Positions 9,193 through 18,732 of a stretch of DNA of 64,000 nucleotides are shown here, one piece after another. The notes under the pieces were generated by a model. That model worked only from the letters and a program-made list of their open reading frames with translations. It was not told the DNA's origin and searched no databases. Position numbers and translations under genes: made by a program. Origin of the DNA: Campylobacterota bacterium (GTDB taxonomy: Bacteria > Campylobacterota > Campylobacteria > Campylobacterales > JAJVLF01); the NCBI GenBank assembly GCA_029255845.1, contig JAJVLF010000013.1, positions 1,469 through 65,468 of the forward strand. The letters are read 5' to 3'. Within the stretch, counting starts at the first letter, position 1. Each line of letters starts with the position of its first letter.

Positions 9193-9564
9193 TTATCTCC
9201 TAATTAACACACTTTGTATTTTATTGTTTTCACATTTATTTATACTAAGTCTTGCTACTGATTTCTCTATTGCTTCTAGTTCGTGAAGAATATTTTCTTT
9301 AAGATATATAATATCTCCACTTTTTAATATAAATACTTCTTTTTTGACTGTAAATTTTATTTCTCCTTGTATGCACATAAGAGTGATGGGGTATTTGCTT
9401 TTATGCTCTTTCATAATTTGCTTTTTATTAAAAGCTATGCGAACTTCTTTAGTAAGCTCATCATCCATCATTACATTAATGGACACATTTTTATCTGAAA
9501 ATTGGACATCTTTTAAAAATGATATTACTTGCATATTTATTCTTTTTTTTAATTTAGAGACCAA
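9193..9564 (-). CDS. Cupin-domain protein
   Basis: Cupin-like core (GEIKFTV...GDIIYLKENILHELEA). The track TTG start lies inside MITE 9557-9589; ATG at 9532-9534 (MQVISFLKD) is the likely start. Confidence 0.7.
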   Translation of the reverse strand: MVSKLKKRINMQVISFLKDVQFSDKNVSINVMMDDELTKEVRIAFNKKQIMKEHKSKYPITLMCIQGEIKFTVKKEVFILKSGDIIYLKENILHELEAIEKSVARLSINKCENNKIQSVLIRR

Positions 9565-9589
9565 TGCACTTCTAATTTACATTGGTCTC
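9557..9589. mobile_element. MITE family C, 33-bp minimal derivative
   Basis: GAGACCAATGCACTTCTAATTTACATTGGTCTC. Flanked by direct ATTTA (9552-9556 and 9590-9594). 1 nt different from 9103-9135. Confidence 0.85.
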
Positions 9590-9798
9590 ATTTAATGAAA
9601 CTTCTAATGCCATTATTATACCCTATTTTACATTGACTTAAATCAATAAATATATTGATATTGTTTTTATTAAATTTAAAAGTTGTCTTTAATTAATGAT
9701 AGATTAAAATATGCTATAATATTCTAATCAAAACAAAATTTAAGGAAGTATTACAACTTGATTATTCCCAGGAAAAACCCCATAAAGATAAATAAATA

Positions 9799-10827
9799 AT
9801 GGATATTTTAATAATATTATTCGTTATAGTGCTTAGTATCTCTTTTTTATGCTCTGTTTTAGAGTCTATATTGCTTTCAGTAACTCCTACTTATGTATCT
9901 CTTTTAAAAGATAAAAATCCATCAGCTGGTAAAAAATTAGAGTATTTAAAAAAGCATATAGATCAATCTATATCTTCAATTTTAATTTTAAATACTATAG
10001 CCAATACACTTGGAGCTACTGCTATAGGCTCACAAGCTAGTATGGTTTTTGATGGAGATAGTAATTTTATTTTTATTACTTCTGTTATTTTTACATTTTT
10101 AGTTTTATTTATTGCAGAGATTATTCCTAAAACTATAGGGGCTGTTTATTGGAAGCATTTAGCTGTTTCTGCTATTACAGTTATTAATTTTTTTATTTTT
10201 ATTACATATCCTATTATTAAAGGGACATTATTTGTAACAAGAAAAATAAATAAAAAAGGCATTAAAAATACTATCACTAAAGAAGAAATAATCCATACAG
10301 CATTATTAAGTGAAGAAGTTAACTCTATGGAATCAGAGATTATTCAAAATACTCTTGATTTGAAACAAACAAAAATAAAAGATATTTTAACCCCACGATC
10401 TGTAGTTTTTGCAATAGAGCAAGATACTATTATTAAAGATTTATTATCAGATGATAAATTATATAAATTTTCAAGAATACCTGTATATAAGGATAGTATA
10501 GATAATATAGTAGGTATTGTTTTAAGTAAGACTATATTTAAAGAAGCTATCCAAAATGATATATCAACAATAAAATTAATTATGAATAAAGCTGAGCAAA
10601 TAAATGAAAATCTGCCTGTTTCTAATGCTTTAAGTTTTTTTATAAAATCCAAGGCACATATGGCTGTTGTTTTAGATGGGTATGACCAGACAGAGGGTAT
10701 TGTTACATTAGAAGATTGTATTGAGACTCTTTTAGGTTTAGAGATTATGGATGAATGGGATACTACTGAAGATATGAGGAAATTAGCATCTGATCAAATG
10801 AAAGAAAATAGAAAATCTAAAGGATAA
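9799..10827 (+). CDS. CNNM/DUF21 transmembrane domain + CBS-pair protein (HlyC/CorC family)
   Basis: 342 aa. N-terminal 4-TM DUF21-like region, then a CBS-pair region (ILTPRSVVFAIEQD..., AHMAVVLDGYDQTEGIVTLEDCIETL). Confidence 0.85.
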   Translation: MDILIILFVIVLSISFLCSVLESILLSVTPTYVSLLKDKNPSAGKKLEYLKKHIDQSISSILILNTIANTLGATAIGSQASMVFDGDSNFIFITSVIFTFLVLFIAEIIPKTIGAVYWKHLAVSAITVINFFIFITYPIIKGTLFVTRKINKKGIKNTITKEEIIHTALLSEEVNSMESEIIQNTLDLKQTKIKDILTPRSVVFAIEQDTIIKDLLSDDKLYKFSRIPVYKDSIDNIVGIVLSKTIFKEAIQNDISTIKLIMNKAEQINENLPVSNALSFFIKSKAHMAVVLDGYDQTEGIVTLEDCIETLLGLEIMDEWDTTEDMRKLASDQMKENRKSKG

Positions 10828-10830
10828 TTT

Positions 10831-12243
10831 ATGAATAAAGATAATTATAGAATAGAAAAAGATACTATGGGTGAAATTAAAGTTGATAATTCTAAGTATT
10901 GGGGAGCTCAAACTCAAAGAAGTTTAGAGAATTTTAAAATATCTACTGAAACTATGCCTGATGAGATTATTAAGGCTTTTGCATATCTTAAAAAAGCTTG
11001 TGTAATGGTTAATTATGATTTAAAAAAAATTGATAAGATAAAATCAGATGCTATTATAAAAGCTTGTGATGATATTTTAGATGATAAATTAGAAGGGAAC
11101 TTTCCTTTAGTTGTGTGGCAGACAGGAAGTGGAACACAATCTAATATGAATATGAATGAAGTAATTGCAAATAGAGCTAGTGAGATTTTAGGAGATGATT
11201 TTAGAATTAAAAAGACAATTCATCCTAATGATGATGTAAATCTAGGACAAAGCTCAAATGACACATACCCAACGGCAATGAGAATATCTACTATTTTAGA
11301 AATAGAAAAAAAGATATTTCCATCATTAAATAAATTAAAAGATACATTAGAAAAAAAATCAAAAGAATTTGAAAATATAATAAAAATAGGAAGAACTCAT
11401 CTTCAAGATGCCACTCCATTATCTTTAGGACAAGAGTTTTCAGGATATTTTGCAATGCTAAAGTCCTCTTTATCTCAAATCAAAGAAGCCTCATTGCATA
11501 ATACTAATTTAGCGATAGGTGCTACAGCTGTGGGAACAGGGATAAATTCTCATCCAGATTTTTCTCCAATGGTTTCAGATGTGCTAAATAAAATATGCCC
11601 TAATGAGGAATTTACTTTCAAATCTCAAGAAAATAAATTCCATGCTTTAACTTCTCATGATAGTGAAGTAGTGCTAAGTGGTGCATTAAAAGGTTTGGCA
11701 AGTAATATGATGAAAATAGCAAATGATATAAGATGGCTTGCTTCAGGACCTAGATGTGGTATAGGAGAGCTTGAAATACCTGCAAATGAGCCAGGCTCAT
11801 CCATAATGCCAGGAAAAGTAAATCCAACTCAAAGTGAAGCCGTAACTATGGTAGCTGTGCAAGTAATGGGAAATGATACAGCCATAGGAATAGCTTCAAG
11901 TCAGGGTAATTTTGAGTTAAATGTATTTAAGCCTGTCATAGCATATAATTTATTACAATCCATAAGATTGCTTGGAGATTCTATGCTTAGTTTTGATGAA
12001 CATTGTGCTAGTGGGATTAAAGCAAATAAAGAAGCTTTAAATAAAAATCTTGAAAATTCATTAATGCTAGTAACGGCATTAAATCCTCATATAGGATATG
12101 ATAATTCAGCTAAAATAGCTAAAACAGCTCATAAAAATAATACTAGTTTAAAAGAAGAAGTTATCAAGTCAGGGCTTTTAAGCGAGGAAGAATTTGATAA
12201 ATATGTCAATCCTAAAGATATGATTTTTCCTCATTCAAATTGA
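10831..12243 (+). CDS. fumC: Class II fumarate hydratase
   Basis: 470 aa. Motifs GAQTQRSLENF and the fumarate-lyase signature GSSIMPGKVNPTQSEA. Confidence 0.93.
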   Translation: MNKDNYRIEKDTMGEIKVDNSKYWGAQTQRSLENFKISTETMPDEIIKAFAYLKKACVMVNYDLKKIDKIKSDAIIKACDDILDDKLEGNFPLVVWQTGSGTQSNMNMNEVIANRASEILGDDFRIKKTIHPNDDVNLGQSSNDTYPTAMRISTILEIEKKIFPSLNKLKDTLEKKSKEFENIIKIGRTHLQDATPLSLGQEFSGYFAMLKSSLSQIKEASLHNTNLAIGATAVGTGINSHPDFSPMVSDVLNKICPNEEFTFKSQENKFHALTSHDSEVVLSGALKGLASNMMKIANDIRWLASGPRCGIGELEIPANEPGSSIMPGKVNPTQSEAVTMVAVQVMGNDTAIGIASSQGNFELNVFKPVIAYNLLQSIRLLGDSMLSFDEHCASGIKANKEALNKNLENSLMLVTALNPHIGYDNSAKIAKTAHKNNTSLKEEVIKSGLLSEEEFDKYVNPKDMIFPHSN

Positions 12244-12698
12244 AAAAAGATATAAAGCTATATATAGATAATCTACCTCCTAAAAGAGCCGAAGCTATTA
12301 TCAAGCTAAGGCAAATTATAATACAAAATATTCCAGAAGGGTTTGAAGAAACTATGAATTACAATCTTCCTTCTTTTGTGGTTCCTCATTCCATTTATCC
12401 ATCTGGGTATCATTGTGATAATAAACTCCCACTACCTTTTATTAGTATAGCTTCACAAAAACATTTTATATCATTGTATCATATGGGCATTTATAGTGAT
12501 ATAAGTTTATTAGAGTGGTTTAAAACTGAATATGCAAAAGTAGTTGACACTAAATTAGATATGGGAAAATCATGCATAAGATTTAAAAATATAAATAAAA
12601 TTCCTTTTGATTTAGTGGGAAAGTTAGCTACAAAAATGACGGCTAAAAAATGGATTAGTATTTACGAGAAAGAAAGACAAAAGCAATCTCAAAGTTAA
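12240..12698 (+). CDS. DUF1801 (YdhG-like) domain protein
   Basis: 152 aa. TTG start overlaps the fumC TGA (ATTGA). Weak family recognition from the N-terminal pattern. Confidence 0.55.
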   Translation: MKKDIKLYIDNLPPKRAEAIIKLRQIIIQNIPEGFEETMNYNLPSFVVPHSIYPSGYHCDNKLPLPFISIASQKHFISLYHMGIYSDISLLEWFKTEYAKVVDTKLDMGKSCIRFKNINKIPFDLVGKLATKMTAKKWISIYEKERQKQSQS

Positions 12699-12964
12699 TT
12701 ATTAAGTAATATTTTCTTTGTAATCCCTTATATTTAGGGTGTTTTTGTTATTCTAAAGCTAGACCCCTAAATAAGGTTATAAGTTTTATTTTATCTATTT
12801 TTATGTTTTTTTTAAGCTAAAAAATGACTTTTTATAGAAATAAATATTACAAATAAGTGTCAATATTAGGGGGTAAAAATTTTTATTTATGTTTTTTTTA
12901 AAATTAATAATTATAAAAAGTGTTGATTGATAGAATACTCCTAAATTTCATATATGGATATTAA

Positions 12965-15337
12965 ATGACTCAAAGTTTTATTAGAATTACTAAAAGAGAT
13001 GGCACTTTTCAGCCTCTTGATATTAGTAAAATACAAGAATTTACTTCTTTGTCCGTGCAAGGCTTAAAAAATATAAATCAAAGTGAGCTAGAAGTAGATG
13101 CTAGAATAAAATTCTATGATAAAATGACTACTAGCGAAATTCAAGAAGCATTAATTAAAACAGCGGTCGATAAGATAGACATAGATAGACCTGATTGGAC
13201 TTTTGTTGCTGCTAGATTATTTTTATATGATTTATACCATAAAGTAAATTCACAAAATTTTTATCCGAGTTTATCTCATTACCTAGATATATGTGAAAAA
13301 GAAGGCAGAATATTAAAATCTTTAAGAAATGGCTATGACTTAGATGAGCTTAGTGGATACATCAAGCAAGAGAGAGATTTACAATTTACTTATCTAGGAA
13401 TTAAAACTCTTTATGATAGGTATTTAATAAAAAATAGAGGTGGTGAGCCTATAGAGTTGCCTCAGCATATGTTTATGGCTATTGCTATGTTTTTAGCTCA
13501 AAATGAAACCAATAAAATGGAAATGGCTAAAAAGTTTTATGATTTAATGTCTAAATTTGAAGTAATGCCAGGAACTCCTACTATATCAAATGCTAGAACA
13601 CCAAGACATCAATTATCATCTTGTTATATAGGTAGCACACCTGATAATATCGAAGGTATTTTTGATTCTTATAAAGAAATGGCATTGCTTAGTAAATATG
13701 GCGGTGGAATAGGTTGGGATTATTCTAAGCTAAGAGGAATGGGAAGCTTTATAGATAATCATAAAAATGCAGCTAGTGGTTCTATTCCATTTTTAAGAAT
13801 TACAAATGATGTGGCATTAGCTGTTGATCAATTAGGCACAAGAAAAGGTGCTATCGCTGTATATATGGAGCCATGGCATGTGGATGTGGAGCTATTTTTA
13901 GAGCTCAAAAAAAATACAGGTGCAGAGGCTTTAAGAACTCATGATTTATTTCCTGCTTTATGGATAAATGATTTATTTATGAAGAGAGTTAGAAATAATG
14001 AAAATTGGAGCCTATTTGACCCATTTAGAGCTCCTAATCTTACAGAGCTTCATGGTGAAGAATTTGAAAAAGTTTATGAAGAATATGAGAAAAATCCTTT
14101 AATAAAAAGAGTAAATATAAATGCTAAAGAATTATGGAAAAAAATCCTAATAAGCTACCATGACACAGGAAGCCCATTTCTTACATTTAAAGATACAGCA
14201 AATAGAGCTAACCCTAATAGCCATAAAGGGATTATTAGAAGCTCTAATTTATGCACAGAGATATTTCAAAATACAAGCCCTGATTATTATAGAGTAAAAG
14301 TTATTTTTGATGATGCCACAGAAGCATTTTATGAAGAAGAAGCAATGGTTCTTAATGATGATGGCGAAAATAAAAGAGCTAAAAAAATATCATCTTTAGA
14401 TACAATAAATAATAAAAAAGTTTTTTGTGTAGAAAAAGTCCCAACTGAGGGAGATACAGCTGTATGTAATCTAGCTAGTGTTAATGTTTCAAAAGTTCAT
14501 ACTAAAGAAGATATAGAAAGAGTAGTTCCTATCGCTATAAGAATGCTAGATAATGTAATTGATTTGAATTTTTATCCTAAAGCTAAAGTAAAACGAACTA
14601 ATTTAAAATCAAGATCTATTGGCTTAGGTGTGATGGGTGAAGCTGAAATGTTAGCAAATAAAAAAATACATTGGGGAAGTGATAAGCATTTTAATACCAT
14701 TGATGAATTAATGGAGACTATTAGCTATAATGCTATTAATTCATCTTGTGAATTAGCTAAAGAAAAAGGCTCTTACAGAGATTTTGAAGGCTCTAAATGG
14801 TCGCAAGGTATATTTCCTAAAGATATGGCGAATGATAAAGTTAAAGAGCTTACAAATAGAGATGAAGTTTATGATTGGGATAAATTAAGAGAAAAAGTCC
14901 AATCACAAGGTATGAGAAATGGCTATTTAATGGCGATAGCTCCTACAAGCTCTATATCTATTTTAACAGGGACAACTCAAACTATCGAGCCTGTATATAA
15001 ACATAAATGGTTTGAAGAAAATTTAAGTGGTTTTATACCTACAACAGCTCCTCATATTAGTGTTGAAAATTATCCATATTATGACCAAGCTTATAAAATA
15101 GAACAAACAGACTTAATAAAAGCAGGAGCGATAAGAGCAAAATGGCTTGACCAAGGGCAAAGCTTAAATATATTTATAAATGAAGAAAAGGCAACAGGAA
15201 GAAACTTAAATGCTATATATACATTAGCATGGGAATTAGGACTAAAATCAACTTATTATCTAAGAAGTGAAAGTGCAAAAAATTCTTCAGATGTAGATAT
15301 AATGAATAGAGATGATGAATGCACGGTTTGTCAATAA
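12965..15337 (+). CDS. nrdA: Ribonucleoside-diphosphate reductase alpha subunit (class I)
   Basis: 790 aa. N-terminal ATP-cone (ITKRDGTFQPLDISKI), active-site SNLCTEI, C-terminal CxxC tail (ECTVCQ). Confidence 0.95.
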   Translation: MTQSFIRITKRDGTFQPLDISKIQEFTSLSVQGLKNINQSELEVDARIKFYDKMTTSEIQEALIKTAVDKIDIDRPDWTFVAARLFLYDLYHKVNSQNFYPSLSHYLDICEKEGRILKSLRNGYDLDELSGYIKQERDLQFTYLGIKTLYDRYLIKNRGGEPIELPQHMFMAIAMFLAQNETNKMEMAKKFYDLMSKFEVMPGTPTISNARTPRHQLSSCYIGSTPDNIEGIFDSYKEMALLSKYGGGIGWDYSKLRGMGSFIDNHKNAASGSIPFLRITNDVALAVDQLGTRKGAIAVYMEPWHVDVELFLELKKNTGAEALRTHDLFPALWINDLFMKRVRNNENWSLFDPFRAPNLTELHGEEFEKVYEEYEKNPLIKRVNINAKELWKKILISYHDTGSPFLTFKDTANRANPNSHKGIIRSSNLCTEIFQNTSPDYYRVKVIFDDATEAFYEEEAMVLNDDGENKRAKKISSLDTINNKKVFCVEKVPTEGDTAVCNLASVNVSKVHTKEDIERVVPIAIRMLDNVIDLNFYPKAKVKRTNLKSRSIGLGVMGEAEMLANKKIHWGSDKHFNTIDELMETISYNAINSSCELAKEKGSYRDFEGSKWSQGIFPKDMANDKVKELTNRDEVYDWDKLREKVQSQGMRNGYLMAIAPTSSISILTGTTQTIEPVYKHKWFEENLSGFIPTTAPHISVENYPYYDQAYKIEQTDLIKAGAIRAKWLDQGQSLNIFINEEKATGRNLNAIYTLAWELGLKSTYYLRSESAKNSSDVDIMNRDDECTVCQ

Positions 15338-15353
15338 TAGCTACTATTAATTA

Positions 15354-16238
15354 ATGACTTTCTCAAATATACTACTAAAACTACAAGAATATTGGGCATT
15401 ACAAGGCTGTAATATATTACAGCCTTATGATATACCAAGTGGAGCAGGGACATTTCATCCATCAACTATGCTTAAAAGCCTTGATAAAGATGATTATTCT
15501 TGTGCTTATGTAGCACCTAGTAGAAGACCAACAGATGGGCGATATGGCAAAAATCCTAATAGGCTAGGAAGCTATTATCAATTTCAAGTAATTATAAAAC
15601 CAAGCATAGATAATATCCAAGAGCTATATTTAAAAAGCTTAGAATATCTAGGATTAAATATCCAAGAAAATGATATAAGATTTGTAGAGGATAATTGGGA
15701 ATCTCCTACCTTAGGAGCATGGGGTTTAGGATGGGAAGTATGGCTTAATGGAATGGAAGTAACTCAATTTACATATTTCCAGCAAGTAGGTGGAATAGCA
15801 TGCGAAAATGTATCTGTAGAAATAACCTATGGCACAGAAAGATTAGCTATGTATTTGCAAAATGTAGATTCTATATTTGATATAGTATGGAATAAAACAA
15901 AAGATAAAACTAGCACTTATAAGGACATTCATTTAATATCTGAGCGAGAATTTTCAAAGTATAATTTTGAGATAGCAAATGTAGAAAAATTATTTCAGCA
16001 TTTTGAAGATGCTAAAAATGAATGTCTGTATATTTTAGATAATAATCTTCCTTTACCTGCTTATGATCAAATTCTTTTTGCTTCTTATTTATTTAATATA
16101 TTAGATGCAAGAAAAGCAATTTCCGTTACTCAAAGGCAAAACTATATCCTTCAAATTAGAGATTTATCTAGTAAATGTGCTAGTCTTTATAAATCTTTAG
16201 AGGATGAGAGAATTGAAATTATTAACGGAAATCTTTAA
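15354..16238 (+). CDS. glyQ: Glycine--tRNA ligase alpha subunit
   Basis: 294 aa. Highly conserved GlyQ sequence ([10 protein letters not shown]..., [20 protein letters not shown]). Confidence 0.95.
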   Translation: MTFSNILLKLQEYWALQGCNILQPYDIPSGAGTFHPSTMLKSLDKDDYSCAYVAPSRRPTDGRYGKNPNRLGSYYQFQVIIKPSIDNIQELYLKSLEYLGLNIQENDIRFVEDNWESPTLGAWGLGWEVWLNGMEVTQFTYFQQVGGIACENVSVEITYGTERLAMYLQNVDSIFDIVWNKTKDKTSTYKDIHLISEREFSKYNFEIANVEKLFQHFEDAKNECLYILDNNLPLPAYDQILFASYLFNILDARKAISVTQRQNYILQIRDLSSKCASLYKSLEDERIEIINGNL

Positions 16239-16266
16239 AAACACCCTCACTATTTATAAAACTTAA

Positions 16267-16427
16267 GGGAACCTCTATTAATTCAAATAATTTAGATAAT
16301 GTTAGATTTTCGTCTTATAGTGATTTTTATAAAATGCGGTATAGCCGTAGCTATATCCATTTTATAAAAATTGCTATAAGGCTAAAATATAATATTATCT
16401 ATTTATTTTGAATTAATAGAGGTTCCC
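16267..16427 (+). mobile_element. Foldback MITE family A, complete 161-bp copy
   Basis: GGGAACCTCTATTAATTCAAATAATTTAG...TTTGAATTAATAGAGGTTCCC. Flanked by TTAA (16263-16266) and TTAA (16428-16431). Lies 3' of glyQ. Confidence 0.9.
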
Positions 16428-16534
16428 TTAAGTATCAGGTAATAAAAAATTAACTTTCCCTCAATTTTCAGAAAACATCTTAAATCTTAACTTAACAAGA
16501 TAGGTGAGACTAAACTCTAATATCTTATTCGGAC

Positions 16535-16552
16535 ATGGGACTTTAGTCCCAT
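16535..16552. repeat. Solo hairpin ATGGGAC-TTTA-GTCCCAT resembling the IS200 subterminal hairpins
   Basis: 7-bp stem. Compare TATGGACTTTCAGTCCATA (49445-49463) and CGGACTTTCAGTCCG (49417-49431) at the IS200 right end. Confidence 0.4.
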
Positions 16553-16571
16553 CTTTAAAAGATACAAAAAA

Positions 16572-16961
16572 CTATCCTTTAACTTTCAAAGACAACAAAA
16601 ACCTATCTAAAATAATATAAGCAGATAAAGAATCTATCCTCCCATCCTTTTTATGCTTAAAAATACCTTTACTTAATTCCTTAGCCTCAAAAGAAGAAAA
16701 ATCTTCATTTTGCCATCTTATCTCACCTTTAAAGTCTAAAAGAGATATAAAATGTTTTATTCTTTTTTGCATATTATTTTTATCTTCATCGAGAGGTAAG
16801 CCTACCACTAGTAGATTTATATTATATTCATTTAGTGATTTTAGCACATCCAAGGAAGCTTGATCTCTATTTTTTCTTATGATTGGTTCTATGGGAATGA
16901 GGATATTTTCTAAATAGATTGCTAAGCCTATTCTTTTTAGACCTACATCTATGCTAGCTAT
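16572..16961 (-). CDS. ruvX: Holliday-junction resolvase-like nuclease RuvX/YqgF, start codon unresolved
   Basis: The track ORF (16572-16853, TTG) lacks the N-terminus. The catalytic N-terminal motif IASIDVGLKRIGLA is encoded in frame upstream. The frame is open to 16985 but contains no ATG/GTG/TTG. Confidence 0.7.
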   Translation of the reverse strand: MASIDVGLKRIGLAIYLENILIPIEPIIRKNRDQASLDVLKSLNEYNINLLVVGLPLDEDKNNMQKRIKHFISLLDFKGEIRWQNEDFSSFEAKELSKGIFKHKKDGRIDSLSAYIILDRFLLSLKVKG

Positions 16962-16977
16962 GTTTTGTTTAGTCTGT

Positions 16978-17424
16978 TTATACAGTTACATTAAACCTTC
17001 TGTAGTTATCTACTGGAACAGGCTCTTTCATTATACCTTTTGCATCCATTACTTCTTTTATATTTGATACCATTTCATTTACATATACATTTACATTTTT
17101 AGCTTTTTTGGAAAAGTTATCTATATTTAAAGTATTTTCTATTTGGTTTAAAAGCTGTGTGTCAGTATTTCCAAAGATAGCTTTTTTGATATTTTGTGCA
17201 TTTAAGTGACTTTTATCGTAAAGCTTTTGCTTGATTTCTGTATTAGTAGGTTTTGCTTGAGGAGAGTTTTTAATATCATCGACTAAAACTTTTTGACCTG
17301 ATTTTACAACTTCTATATTAGAAGTTGATTGAGGGTCATTTAGGGCATTAGGATGTTTTGATAAAGCATTTTTATTGTATGCAGATGCAACATTTTGTGT
17401 ATTATAAGCGGACTGAATACTCAA
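16978..17424 (-). CDS. Hypothetical protein
   Basis: 148 aa. TTG start 7 nt after GGAGG. No recognisable domain. Confidence 0.5.
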   Translation of the reverse strand: MSIQSAYNTQNVASAYNKNALSKHPNALNDPQSTSNIEVVKSGQKVLVDDIKNSPQAKPTNTEIKQKLYDKSHLNAQNIKKAIFGNTDTQLLNQIENTLNIDNFSKKAKNVNVYVNEMVSNIKEVMDAKGIMKEPVPVDNYRRFNVTV

Positions 17425-17487
17425 ATCAAAACCTCCTTTAGAAATATTAAACGAATTATAATATTTTTTTACTTAAACAAAGTTTAA

Positions 17488-17648
17488 GGGAACCTCTAAA
17501 AATACAAAATAAATAGATAATATCATATTTTCACTTTATGATAATTTAAAAATATTAGATGTAGCTACGGCTACACCGTAATATTTTAAAATCACCATAA
17601 AGCAAAAATCTGACACTATCTAAATTATTTGTATTTTTAGAGGTTCCC
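17488..17648 (-). mobile_element. Foldback MITE family B (sub-family of A), complete 161-bp copy
   Basis: GGGAACCTCTAAAAATACAAA...TTTGTATTTTTAGAGGTTCCC. Flanked by TTAA (17484-17487 and 17649-17652). Followed by a GGGAACGG stub. Confidence 0.9.
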
Positions 17649-17743
17649 TTAAGGGAACGGTGTATCTTAAATGTCTAGTCCTTGAATAAAAAAGTATTTT
17701 AAGAAATCTTTTTCGTAAAAAAATTAAAATATGGGGATATTAA

Positions 17744-18496
17744 ATGAAAACAATATTATTTGTTATAGTTGGGATGTTATTAGTAGGATGTGGTAGCTCT
17801 GGAAACAATAATGGTTCTGGAAATACTGGTGGTGAAGCTTCAATAAAAAAGGACAAAGAGCAAGCAACAGACAATACTAATAAAACCTCTTATGAGACAG
17901 TTCAATATAAAGCTACGATAAAAACTATATGGACAGCAGAAAACTTTGCTACAAATTTTCCAAGTGGGAGACATTTTTCTCAAGTCATAGGGATGACACA
18001 TAATGAAAATATCAAATTATTTAATGTCGGCTCTAAAGCAACTAATGGTATTAAAGAAATGGCAGAAACAGGAAAAACTACCATAACAACAAATGAAATT
18101 AAAAACTATGTTTCTAATAAAAATGCAGGACTTGTCATAAAAGGCTCTTCACTTTCTTCAAGTGTCGATACCGTAAGTTTTAATTTTAATATTAGCTCTA
18201 ATCATAGCTTAATATCTATAGTAAGTATGATAGCTCCTAGCCCAGATTGGTTTATAGGGATAAATTCTTTAAATTTGATGGAAGATGGGGAATGGATAAA
18301 AGAAAAAATAATAGATTTAAAAGTCTATGATTCTGGAACTGATAACGGAAATATATTTACTTCATCAAATGAAGCAACAACCCCACAAGAAAACATTACT
18401 AGATTAAGCACTTCTTCTAGTGATACTGATTTTCAAGATGGAAAACATAGAAGCTCTAATAACTTTAGGGAACCTCTATTAATTCAAATAATTTAG
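17744..18496 (+). CDS. Spondin_N-domain lipoprotein with MITE-derived C-terminus
   Basis: Lipobox LLVGCGSS. Spondin_N-like pattern (IWTAENFATNFPSGRHFSQVIGMTHN ... SPDWFIGI). The last 9 codons (REPLLIQII) and the stop are encoded by MITE 18468-18628. Confidence 0.7.
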   Translation: MKTILFVIVGMLLVGCGSSGNNNGSGNTGGEASIKKDKEQATDNTNKTSYETVQYKATIKTIWTAENFATNFPSGRHFSQVIGMTHNENIKLFNVGSKATNGIKEMAETGKTTITTNEIKNYVSNKNAGLVIKGSSLSSSVDTVSFNFNISSNHSLISIVSMIAPSPDWFIGINSLNLMEDGEWIKEKIIDLKVYDSGTDNGNIFTSSNEATTPQENITRLSTSSSDTDFQDGKHRSSNNFREPLLIQII

Positions 18497-18628
18497 ATAA
18501 TGTTAGATTTTAGTTTTAGAGTGATTTTTAGAAAATACGGTGTAGCCGTAGCTACATCTATTTTATAAAAATTGCTATAAGGCTAAAATATAATATTAGC
18601 TATTTATTTTGAATTAATAGAGGTTCCC
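18468..18628 (+). mobile_element. Foldback MITE family A, complete 161-bp copy
   Basis: Flanked by direct TTTA (18464-18467 and 18629-18632). Inserted 3 codons before the original stop of the Spondin_N gene. Confidence 0.9.
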
Positions 18629-18732
18629 TTTAACCACATATAAAAACATCTATGTTAGTGGCTCAATTTTTAATAAATAAATTTATCATTAGACTTCTTG
18701 CAAAACCCATCAAATTGGATATATGAGTTATA

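Noticed and set aside
9103-9589. Composite-transposon interpretation of MITE-bracketed segments: cupin operon 9103-9589, SNF2 gene 19964-23544, and the five-gene block 1-3368.
   Set aside because: Every bracketing element whose two flanks are visible carries its own matched duplication on both sides. This indicates independent single insertions rather than movement of the whole segment.
12725-12776. Inverted repeat CCCTTATATTTAGGG / CCCCTAAATAAGG upstream of nrdA as an NrdR box pair or riboswitch.
   Set aside because: The sequences do not resemble the NrdR box consensus as I recall it, and the spacing (about 44 bp) does not fit the usual ~31-32 bp. No B12-riboswitch-like core is visible. It may still be a simple structure and needs an Rfam scan.
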